This document shows positions 1 through 10,507 of a stretch of DNA of 55,235 nucleotides, one piece after another (position 1 is the first letter of the stretch; each line of letters opens with the position of its first letter). The notes under the pieces are model-generated. The model did not search any database. It saw nothing but the letters and a program-made list of their open reading frames with translations, and was not told where the DNA came from. Location of the stretch: assembly GCA_000182565.2 (NCBI GenBank), contig KQ257465.1. One strand, written 5' to 3'. The position numbers were made by a program, and so were the translations under genes. The DNA comes from Spizellomyces punctatus DAOM BR117 (taxonomy: Eukaryota).

Positions 1-912
1 TTTACGGATACAGGAGGACACGATCCTGAGCTTCTTTCCGCGTTATTCGCCCTGCAACAGGGCGGTGCTGTCGGTCAAGGAATGCCGCTACAACCGATAT
101 CTGGAAACAGTATCAATTCTCCAATGCTGGAGACCCAAAGCTCATCCAGCTGTTGTACTGGGAGGCGCAATACTCAAGACATATGGGCTTCCGCTCCCAA
201 AAGCTGTTGTGGCGGGATTTCAGAATCAAAACCTGTCAGAGGTGGATGCTGTGGCAGCGTGGCACCACCACCGCGGAATGCTACTCGCTGTGGATGTCAG
301 GGTAATAGTGTCCCGTCAGGAGGATGCTGCGGTGGAGGGTCACCGATCCCAGTGCAAAACGGCTGCTGCGGCACTTCAAGTGGAAAATCGGCAAGCGGAT
401 GTTGTGGAAGTAGGACAGCGGAGCCGGTGTCGAATGTAGGCACCTGTGGTGGGTCATCATTGGCTCCAAGCAGAGGCAGCTCTTGCTGTGGTACATCAAG
501 CAGTTGTGGATGCTCGGGGGGTGGTTGTGGATGCTCAGGTGGAGGATGTGGGAGTACATCCGGGAGCCCTTACGAGTCGAGAAGCGATCTGGATGCCAAG
601 GACCCAGCGGAACCACATTCACCAACTTGCGAATGTGGATGCCATCAAGACAGAAAGGACTGCGAAGACTGTGCCGCAGATCTATGCTCCGTCCACCTGA
701 TGCGAATATTGAGCAACGGGAGCGTTGGGGGCGACATGCACGACGCTGCGTCCCAAAGTGCCGCTCCAGGAGCTCAACCGTCGTGTTGTGGGGGGAATGA
801 TGCATTTGATATGTCTGAAATGCGAAATGCCTTGTGTGGTTGCGGGTGTGGTGGAGCAAAGTCTGGATCTGGGTTTGAAACCGAAGGGCAATTGTGTAGA
901 TGTGGCACTTGA
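1..912 (+). CDS. 3' part of a Cys/Gly-rich protein (metallothionein-like CCG / CxC repeats); possibly the C-terminus of a copper-sensing transcription factor; 5'-truncated by the window
   Basis: Frame 1 is open from base 1 (FTDTGGHDPELLSALFALQQGG...) into the 82..912 ORF. Repeated xxCCG, CGC and CxxC motifs; stop TGA at 910-912. Confidence 0.6.
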   Translation, partial: FTDTGGHDPELLSALFALQQGGAVGQGMPLQPISGNSINSPMLETQSSSSCCTGRRNTQDIWASAPKSCCGGISESKPVRGGCCGSVAPPPRNATRCGCQGNSVPSGGCCGGGSPIPVQNGCCGTSSGKSASGCCGSRTAEPVSNVGTCGGSSLAPSRGSSCCGTSSSCGCSGGGCGCSGGGCGSTSGSPYESRSDLDAKDPAEPHSPTCECGCHQDRKDCEDCAADLCSVHLMRILSNGSVGGDMHDAASQSAAPGAQPSCCGGNDAFDMSEMRNALCGCGCGGAKSGSGFETEGQLCRCGT

Positions 913-1578
913 TAAATACTGTGACGAGTTGACGAGCATGATTTGATGAATTTGTAGAATATGATTTTTGCAAGCTGCTTTCCTAATATCAATGTACAAT
1001 GAACAAAAGCAAACGACACAAGAGAAATGTGTATCTCCTTTGGGTAATGTTGATAAACGACATTTTTCTGATTCGAGTTCACCAATGACCATAGAAAGAG
1101 ATTCAACAATGATATTGGCCGTCTTTTTGACTCGAAGGGACACTGATAAAGTAACAGCGCTACAAAAATCCCACTCGACCTTCGATAGAGCCTTTAAACA
1201 TATGCAAAAAAGTTTCCAACAAACTCATCCCCCATGCGTTGCGTCTCTTGGACATAAGTTCACCAACCATTATCCTTCTTTTTGACTACAGAGCGAGCCC
1301 GACCGGATAAAGAATAGATGGTTGCACGTAAACCTATCAAGTGCAAGAGCTGCAATGGAGGTTAATGGGTCAACGTCCTAATCTAAATCGAAGGGCAATT
1401 TCCGTTTTATACCAAAAGTCGTCGTGGCGCGGTTATACACGTGATAGAGTATTACGTAAGTACCATCGGGGGGTCAGCGACGATGGGGGAAATCCATTTT
1501 GTGTGCGGATGGAGCGAAAACTCATAACGAACAGCTGGTTCCGCACGCCGTCGACGGCCGTACGCTCAAAAGCCCGCA

Positions 1579-2186
1579 ATGTCAACTTCTTCGACAGCTG
1601 CCAAAAAATCTCCCACTACCACCCCAGTAAAGAAAGCGTCCTCGTTCCAGTCGCTCAAAACCCCTTCCTCGTCCGACTTGAACGCTGATAAGAGTGCTGC
1701 GCTGGGGACGCCTTCCCCAAAAGGGTCCATGAGCAACCTAAAAGGCGTTTCGTCCAAAGTTGGGAGCTTGGAAAATATCAATCATACCCCCAAAGGCGGA
1801 CAAAAAAAGATATTCAACGAAAAGAAAACATATAATGTCACTAGCAAAATTGGGTCGCTTGAGGTAGATTGACGTGAAAAAACAAGATTGGGAGACGGGT
1901 TCTTTGTCATGTCTCCCCCTTTTACAAGCTAAAATATGTTGCTACGGCTTAGAATATCAACCATGTCCCCGCTGGCGGCAACGTAAAGATTACTTCCACT
2001 AAGCTGGACTTTGGCTCCAAAGTGTCCCCGCGCGTTGGAAGCTTGGATAATGTTAATCATGTTCCCGCTGGCGGCAAAGTGAAGATTCACAGTGAGAAGC
2101 TTGCGTTCAAAGAAAAAGCTGCTCCCAAGATTGGCAGTCTTCCAAAGTCGAACAGCCGGAAGAGTCTTAATGGATCGGACAGCTAG
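1579..2186 (+). CDS. Tau/MAP2/MAP4-like microtubule-binding repeat protein, 172 aa, exons 1579-1863 and 1953-2186
   Basis: The GT-AG intron 1864-1952 joins in frame to give the repeats VSSKVGSLENINHTPKGG, VTSKIGSLENINHVPAGG, VSPRVGSLDNVNHVPAGG and a partial AAPKIGSL. These match the tau repeat consensus VxSKxGSxxNIxHxPGGG. Confidence 0.88.
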
Positions 2187-2571
2187 GTAGCGAAAGGATT
2201 CATGTCAAAGTTGGGTCTCGGCTGTTTGTATCTAACGTTTGCCAATTTTGTTTGATTTAGGCTAGTTACGATGCACTCTACACTGCAAAAATGATAGTAA
2301 AAAGACATTAAAGACATTTTGTAAATTCCTTTGTAAAATCATAATACACTTGCGTTCAATTCCCTATTCTAAAATAATGGTTCGTGAACCAAAGTCAACA
2401 CATGGTTATCATGGTATTAAACGCCAACGGGCCGAGCAACCACTCATTGGAAAAGAAAAACATGATGAAATGATTTATTGAACTATATCAAGTCGCTAGT
2501 GATATCGAATCTGCTCTGCACTGACTACCCTGCCTAAAAGCTATCCTGGCGTCGCTATAAGCTATTCTACA

Positions 2572-4413
2572 TTATTTGTGCAAACGGGTGGTATAGTTGG
2601 ACAATGGCGCGATACCAGTCATAAACGTCCCAAGGTGATCTACAAAACAAGCGCAACACCTCAGCATTCTGAATGACAAGAAAAACGGTCTATAGCAATG
2701 CTGCTCACCTGCACCGATTTGCCTGGTGCTCAGCTTGTTAGCTGGTAAGCACCATTTAGGGAGGACAACTTTCTGCCCGGGTGCGCCATAGATCCATCCT
2801 TCACACAATGGCTTCAATGCGGTAACTGCATCACCTTGCTTCTGGAGATCAGTCATGTCTGTTTCCTTTAGATCGTCGCCAATCGTATTGGATGGGACCA
2901 TCAGTCCACCGAAGGGCCCATAGTCTTTTTGGTAGGAGGTCCGCAGGAGACGCTTATCCAGTTGAACATGCTTTACATACGCAGCAGCAGCGCCAGTGAG
3001 ACCTTGCTCGACTAAAGGACGTGCGCTTGATCTGGCAGATTTCGGTGGGGTTGTAGGCGGCGTGACAGTGACACGGGCTTGAATAGTAACAGGAGGGATG
3101 GGAACGGAATCGGGTATGGTCTCTGCGTCGGGTCCACGGTATGTCGCACGATCCTTCACCCCGTGCGATGTACGAGGATTCCATGTCCCAGCTGCCATAG
3201 CCGCCCTCTCTTCCATGATTACCGACTGGGCCTGTTCGATTTCTGTCGATGGAGTGGTGGGCACCGGCCAGATCTGTGGATACGGCTCTGTAGGCTGTTT
3301 TTCGGTGATTCGCTGACTACGAGGGACGGAGACGGATCGTTGGGGAGGAGCAGTAGCCTCCGGTGGTGTAGGCGGGAGATTATGGTGATACACTGGCAAA
3401 TGACTTGGAGCGGGGATAGGTCTGAGCGGATGAAGTTCAGGCCGGCGAGGGTGGTAGTCTATGACAGGCATGACAACATTTGTCCGCGACGATTGTGGTA
3501 CGACGGGAAGTGTCGCTTGATTTACACTTGAGGGTTTAGTTTTACTGGTGCCCATGCCATAGGCTTTCCATGCCTGTTGTTGAGTAATAAATGTTGTGCT
3601 GGGTAGAATAGATCGTTTGTCTTTGCATGTGGATTCTTTCACTGACTTTGAATCTTCCTTGTTAATATTCTCGGTAGCCAGTTCTTTGTGATTTGTGACT
3701 GTCACAAGGCCAGCTGCCGTGGTTGGCAGTTTGGGAAAAAGCCCATCTTTCGAGATTCCCTCGTCTATCAATGTTTGCTGTGTCGGGTTAATCGTCTTCA
3801 GATGGTGCACAGGAACGTTGCTGGGTTGAATATTGGCCGCTGCGAATCCATTCTCATTTTCAGCATTTGCAGATGCTGTCGATTGCTCCTTTTTCTCGAC
3901 GCTTGATTCCTTCCTTGAGCCTCTTCCGCTTCCTTCCCTTTGACCATTCCGTTTGGTATGTCCGCTTTGTACACCCAACTTAGCTCCGCCCATGCCAACC
4001 CACCCACCAACCCCCAGTCCTGGTTTTCTTGACATGACACCGATCTGTCCAGCGGGCTTTCTCCGTTCGCGCTCTTCAACTTTCCTCAGTTCAGGGGGAC
4101 AAGGTGCACAACCTGTCTCGTCCACAAAGCAAAATGCCTCCCGCTTTCCAATAATCCCAGCAGCAAGCACATGCTTCTTTCCAATTGGACGGAACAGGTA
4201 GGGATCTATTTCGCTTCGGTGGTAGCTCTTTTCCCAGGCGAGCTCGTGAGAAATGCCTGGAGGCATGGCCGTTTGACCGGGGATGTGCACGGAACGCTGC
4301 CATGGGTGAATATGAACGTTGGCGTGTAGGTAGCTGCTCATGGTGCGCCTGATAAACTTGGAACTTTGTCTAGCGATTGATGTCGTATATGAGGCAGGTA
4401 GCGAACCATCCAA
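2572..4413 (-). CDS. Hypothetical Pro/Thr-rich, largely disordered protein (~590 aa); true start probably MSSYLHANV at ~4342; likely one in-frame intron near 2640-2710
   Basis: 613-codon ORF. GTGAG donor and TTGTAG acceptor near the 3' end. No recognisable family. Confidence 0.65.
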   Translation of the reverse strand: MDGSLPASYTTSIARQSSKFIRRTMSSYLHANVHIHPWQRSVHIPGQTAMPPGISHELAWEKSYHRSEIDPYLFRPIGKKHVLAAGIIGKREAFCFVDETGCAPCPPELRKVEERERRKPAGQIGVMSRKPGLGVGGWVGMGGAKLGVQSGHTKRNGQREGSGRGSRKESSVEKKEQSTASANAENENGFAAANIQPSNVPVHHLKTINPTQQTLIDEGISKDGLFPKLPTTAAGLVTVTNHKELATENINKEDSKSVKESTCKDKRSILPSTTFITQQQAWKAYGMGTSKTKPSSVNQATLPVVPQSSRTNVVMPVIDYHPRRPELHPLRPIPAPSHLPVYHHNLPPTPPEATAPPQRSVSVPRSQRITEKQPTEPYPQIWPVPTTPSTEIEQAQSVIMEERAAMAAGTWNPRTSHGVKDRATYRGPDAETIPDSVPIPPVTIQARVTVTPPTTPPKSARSSARPLVEQGLTGAAAAYVKHVQLDKRLLRTSYQKDYGPFGGLMVPSNTIGDDLKETDMTDLQKQGDAVTALKPLCEGWIYGAPGQKVVLPKWCLPANKLSTRQIGAGEQHCYRPFFLSFRMLRCCACFVDHLGTFMTGIAPLSNYTTRLHK

Positions 4414-5317
4414 ATCTATCTATGCGCTGTCAGATCTAGCAACCAAAGTTCACAACCCGCCCACGATGATGGAAAAAACAAGGTAAAAAAGAGCCCTAAA
4501 GAAAAACCAACAACCAAGTAGTACGTTTTCGGATCCTCCAGCACTCGACAACACCGTGAAACCAGCAATGGCAACTACAATCCCACTAGAAGCAGACACA
4601 CATCCTGACAATTCCATCCATCCCTCACAACCACATCCAAACGCCTCGATCATGTCCTCATTTCTCCAAAAGCATGATAACAATGGGTTAAAAAAGGCGC
4701 GCGCCCTTGATCGATCGTTATTAACTCATCTATAGCTCTTGGGCGAGATCTTGTTACCCAATTCGACCCTTAAAACGGGTTGCTTTGCATGGTTTTTATT
4801 TTGGCCCACCATATGAGACGAAGAATCTTGGCCGAGGTTTCCCAATAATCAAGTGCATTTCCTGCTAACAGATATTGTGTGGAATCCTTTGCTAAAAACA
4901 GCCCTTCTTGATCACTTGAGCGCTAGAGAATCCAGATGACAATCAAGCATGTCGCATTTTGACAATGTACTATACAATAACAAAAAAAATATACATCTTT
5001 TGTAGGCATGATCTCTTAAATATATTGTCGCAGCCGGGGTTCCTACTCAGCAANNNNNNNNNNNNNNNNNNNNNNNNNNNNNNNNNNNNNNNNNNNNNNN
5101 NNNNNNNNNNNNNNNNNNNNNNNNNNNNNNNNNNNNNNNNNNNNNNNNNNNNNNNNNNNNNNNNNNNNNNNNNNNNNNNNNNNNNNNNNNNNNNNNNNNN
5201 NNNNNNNNNNNNNNNNNNNNNNNNNNNNNNNNNNNNNNNNNNNNNNNNNNNNNNNNNNNNNNNNNNNNNNNNNNNNNNNNNNNNNNNNNNNNNNNNNNNN
5301 NNNNNNNNNNNNNNNNN

Positions 5318-6710
5318 CCTTACCTTATGAGTGAATTGATACAACCAAAGCTGACGCTAATGGTCCATAACCTGGCTGCTTCCACTACTTTGCGACTCTT
5401 TTCAATATCTCCCGTCTCGAAACTCAAAACAGCGCCAGGCCCCCGAGCCAGGCGACGATGTAGTTCATAATGTGGGTGACTTTTGAGTCCAGGATATCGT
5501 ACTTTGAGCCCTTTGCTTTCCAAATATTCTGCGATGCGAATAGCATTTGCTTGCTGCCGATCCATCCGCAAAGCGAGGGTCTTGACTCCACGCATGAGGA
5601 GGAAGCAATCGAAAGGTGCGAGACCACAACCTGTGGCGTTGATCATGAAATAAACTTTCTGCAAATGTCAAAAGTCGTTACATTTCATGGAAATAAAAAT
5701 TGGCATCAAACTTTTTCTCTTACCGCCGCCAAGGTTTCTTCCTTGACTCCGATGACTCCCGCCATCAGATCGTGATGTCCGCTCAAGTACTTTGTCCCAG
5801 AGTGATAGACAATATCTGCACCCTGTAGCAGCGGTTTCTGGAGATACGGGCTCATCATGGTGTTATCCACGACTACAATGGCATCAGGACACTGTTCATG
5901 TACAGTGTTACTGATGCTTGTCACATCCGCAATCTTGATGAGAGGGTTGGTTGGAGTTTCAAGGATGACAAGGCGAGTCTTTGGTGAGAGGCGTGGTTTG
6001 ATGGCTGCCAGGGATGTGGTGTCGACGTGGTGGACCGTAATGTTGTTGTGCGTGCGGAGGAATGTCAAGAGACGATTTGTTCCTAAACACGCAAGTTCAA
6101 TTATATGGAACAAACTCGAGAGTAGAGTCCATGATATTGATACTCACCTCCGTAAAGATCGTCCCCAGCGATGATCTCCTCGCCCGAATTTACCAGCCGG
6201 CATATCACATCCAGTGCGCTCATTCCGCTCGACACGGCAAAGGCGCGTTTGGCTGACATGAGCTTTGCAAGATGAGCCTCTATACAGGGAGAAAAACAAT
6301 GGTGAGGAAAATTTCAAAAGTACACACTGCTCATTGAAAGAACAGAGTGCCCATCTTATATTTCGTGACATACCGAGATGTGTCCGTGTTGGATTCCCAC
6401 TTCTCGTGTAGTCATACTCTCCCATTTCACTCGCGGCTGACTGTTTGAAGGTTGCTGTTTGATAAATGGGCACCGAGCTCGCATTGTAGACATCCCGTAT
6501 GCCGCTCTCGGGTTCGACAAATACACATTCCGTGGCTGCTCGGTACTTGGAAACAGGTGGAGTTATCAGACTATCGCAGAGGGAAGAGGAGCTGGGCTGC
6601 GGGGTAGGGTATTCTCCTTCAAAGAATGGCGTCTTTGTTACGCCGTTTGCCAGTTCCGGGATGTCCTCTGTCGGCGGCGGGAGGGTATGTTGCTGGTTGT
6701 GAGTGTGCAT
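5318..6710 (-). CDS. STR3: Cystathionine beta-lyase (Cys/Met metabolism PLP enzyme), multi-exon, 3' end lost in the assembly gap
   Basis: Motifs PIYQTATFKQ, YDYTRSGNPTR, ETPTNP, VVDNT, YHSGTKYLSGHHDLMAG (PLP lysine) and ISVSFGCINSLI. Confidence 0.9.
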
Positions 6711-6992
6711 CCTGCTGCAGGCTGTGTGGATCAGTGCAAAGGGTAGTGTTCAAGCAAAGAAATTCGAGAGAATCCGAGCAAGAAATTCCTGCAGATCTGT
6801 TAAAAAAAACGCTAGTAGGAAATGGGGGAAAACCCAAAAGGACACCCCACCAAATACTTTCATCGACCCCACAATTTGGTGGAAAAGCGCAGACTTACTA
6901 AGCCATCTTATCAGTGATCAAAAAAATTCCCACGCAAATGGTGCAAATCGATTGCTAAAATGATGCCATTTTGAGTTGAAGGAAGGGAAACG

Positions 6993-8278
6993 ATGCCATC
7001 GCCATCTGCAGTAGAACATGTACGCAAACGCACGGCAAAGAGACCCACAAAGCACTCCAAGACAAGGCTCATCAATGAGGCTGTCGCCGCAGGAAACTTG
7101 GAGGCACTGCGAACACTGGCTGCATCCAAGGGCGGATTCGTCAATCACAGTATCCGCAGAAAAGTATGGCCTCTGCTCCTTCATAGCGCCAACAAACAGC
7201 GTGAAATGTTCTCAGAAGGCGCAGGTAGAGCATGCGTGTACCAGCGTTCGTCCAAATTTCCCTTGATATAAAGGCGCGTCATGTATTTCAGATGAGCAGC
7301 GAGATGCCAGCCAAATTGCATTGGACGTGAACAGATCTCTTGCCCACTTGTTGCAGCCTGATACCGGGGAAACCCGCTTAGAGACGCTGCGAAAGGAACT
7401 TTCTAATCTGCTCCTTACTGTATTGAGCCGGCATTCTTATTTACATTACTACCAAGGTGCGTCCGGGGCAAGTTGCAGGGTGACCGCTTGGAACCTGTTC
7501 CTCAACAGGCTTAATCACAGGCTTTCACGATGTTGCCAGTGTCCTCCTCCTTGTACTGAAACCGACATTAGCCTCAGCTTGTTTGGAACCACTAGCGCTT
7601 TTCTATTTGCGTGACTTTATGGCGCCGTCCCTCCAGTCCTCCATGAATCAGATCAGTCTTCTCTTCCCTCTCATTGCCCTCGTGTCCCCAGCTACTCACG
7701 AATGTCTGTCGAGCATCGAAGGCTTTCTTCCCTACTTTTGTCTCTCGTGGGTCATCACATGGTACAGCCACGATATCGACGATCTATCCCGGATTGCTCG
7801 CCTGTTTGACTTTCTAATTGCCTCCAACCCCCTCATGCCGGTATACCTGGCTGCTGCGGTCGTACTGTCTCAAAATGAGCAGCTTGTGGAGCTAGAAGCC
7901 GAGTACAGCACTGTGCATCACTTTCTTTCAAAATTCCCGTCAGATGCAAACTTGGAGATGCTCATTAAACAAGCATACAATATGTACAAGCTGCACCCAC
8001 CAGAGGCGGTGCAGAAATCCGCGAAATTGCCGCTTGGAAGAGCGTCGGTAGTCAACAGGTTCAAAGTCGACTTTGAGCGACTACCATTAACACAAGAATA
8101 CGATGACCAGCTGCCCCAAAAACTGTTGAATCAACATGTCCGCGAAGTTGAAAAGCCAGGGGGTCATTATCATCCGGACCGGTGGGTACTGGCAAATGCC
8201 AGACACTTGGCATGGATCAGTGCATTCGCGGCCACGTCTGTAATAGCTTGGTATGCATACCAAACAGGTTATACGTAG
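6993..8278 (+). CDS. GYP8: TBC-domain Rab GAP with C-terminal transmembrane anchor (TBC1D20/Gyp8 family), 3 exons
   Basis: IRRKVWPLLL, QIALDVNRSL (Arg finger), HYYQG|FHDV (Gln finger), LSWVITWYSHD; hydrophobic C-terminus. Confidence 0.88.
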
Positions 8279-8352
8279 AATACCCTTTGCGAATACATCT
8301 GCTTCCTGTATATTATGTACATAACTTGAAAATACAGATTGGGAACTTAATT

Positions 8353-10206
8353 CTAAAAATCATCACCATCCGATAAAACATCGCCATCTCTGTCCTGAAA
8401 TTCAGGTGCCTTCTCTTGAATTGTAAACAGAGGCGTTCTCCCGTGCGATATCTGTCCAAAGAAAAAAGCATCAATATCGGGGGCCATACCACTATGAATC
8501 GAGAAGATAACCCACATTTACCGCTTGTTCACAAAAGCTTTTCAAATCTTGTTTACTTGAGCAGTAGAAGCCAAGGACAAGGGACGGGTCTACGGCTTCC
8601 ATAGACATGGTTCTTACTGTCTCGCAATGATATGTCGAGAGGTCCTGTATCATAGGACATTCAAGACGTGAACAAAAAACTAGAGATGTTTCGCAAGAAA
8701 CACATATCGCTTTACCTCTGGCGCATATGATGCAGGATGCTTCACTTCCACCGCTTTCGTAGAGACGAAACATTCCACATACTTAGATTCAAGCATGCGA
8801 CGTTTGTATTCATCCTAAGACCCTACCTGGCCGGAGAAAATGTGGATCTAAATACACCAGATGGTTGCCTGGTGGAACAGATCCTGGTGAATACGACCAT
8901 CCTTGAAAGAGGAGAAACTATCACTTTGGAACATACCTTCCACTCCGATGAAAAACAGGGACGAATTCGGCCGTCCTCTGTGGGCGTGCAACATTTTAGG
9001 ACAAACCGCCAAACACATCCCAGATGACCACCGCCTCCCCCTCGCTTACCCTGCTATTCCCACACACTGCGGCAAACTAAAACACGCCTGAGTCCACAAC
9101 AAATTAGCAAGTGCCACCGGGAGAATGATCGTATCGCAACGAACCTTTAAGGCATCAAAATACACTGGATTCAACCCTTCCACACCCAACCTGATCGGGA
9201 CCAATATCAAGGTTCCTCTCCATCCTTCATGACCTTTTGTGCACTCATTATTGATATCATCCAAATACATGACGCCATCGGTTGCTACATAGATTCCCAT
9301 ATCGATGTCCTTATGGTCGTCCAATAAGACCCTGAGGGGAACACATGGCGTGTTGGTATTTATAAAGATTCCCTAAAATATGATTGCAGTGATTTCACTT
9401 ATTACTTACTTTAGAACATGAGATATTGTAGAGGGACCAAACCATTCGCCAATATTCTTATCAAATTGTTTTCCGAGCAGCGCTATTCGATGTATCGAAA
9501 AGGGCGCAGAAGGCGTATCGAGAAATCGATTTAGTATCTGCAAAATGTTTCGATTAAGTTGGCATATTACAGAATATGAAGGAGATTCTCCAAAAGGCTC
9601 ACCGTCACATATTTGTCCCACGCACCCTTGTCATCTTGACATCGCGTTAGTCTCCAATCTAAGAACAACGAATGAGGTAATGCCGCATATCTCATATCGC
9701 CGATAGAGATGCAAACCTCTGCCCAGTTCATGGAAGAGGAAAGCATTGGCCAGCATCATCTGACCACTTCGCAACATGCATCCCCAACCGACATCGCTTG
9801 TATATGTACTCGGTTTTATCGGCGGATAACCATTCCGATATGTAATCCACACTCGACTTTTAAAGTCGTCTTGAAACCCTTGGTCGGCACACGAAGGATA
9901 CTCAATTCCCAACAGTCGCACAGGTCCGGAATCCCTATTTCGCCCGTTCCCCAGCCCAAGGTCAATACCGGTGCGGGCCGTCAGGCGGGTGAGGAGGGTA
10001 TTGTCGTCGTGGGCCGCCAGTATGATGTTGTTGGCTCCAGCGGTAGTTGAATGGGTGCGAAACCGGCCAGACGCCGTGTGGAAGAAATGAGATATTCCTT
10101 CGGTGACCTTTTCCCACAATGTATGCTCCTGCTCTTCAGAAATTGATTGCTTTAGATGCTGTGACGCTTCTGTAGTCGGCAACGTTTCAGCTTTGACAGG
10201 TTCCAT
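8353..10206 (-). CDS. ATG4: Atg4 cysteine protease (peptidase C54), multi-exon
   Basis: [25 protein letters not shown] (catalytic Cys), GEWFGPS, QCVGIAGG, YLDPH; ends DVLSDGDDF-stop. Confidence 0.93.
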
Positions 10207-10507
10207 GCCCGCCAACTCCCAGGAAGTCTACCTTCCTGCAAACCGCTGACACACGCAAGTGCTGTTGTCATCAATGTCAGCTGACTGACACGTTCGCTAC
10301 ACGGCACGTGACTCATGTCCGGATGGCCTATATAAATTGGTTCGGACGCGCATCCTGCGTTTTCCCCTCGCTCCTTCCCATCTCACCTTTTCATCGAGCT
10401 ACTTTTATCTATCCTTCTTCTCTTTCCCTATTTCTACCTTGTTCTTTTCCAACTTTCACCTTTAGCATTCCTTCCTTTTCCTTTGTTTCCTACCGTGCTT
10501 TGTCACT

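Noticed and set aside
4959-5344. ORFs spanning the first N run
   Set aside because: Artefacts of translating Ns; the gap hides the 3' end of STR3.
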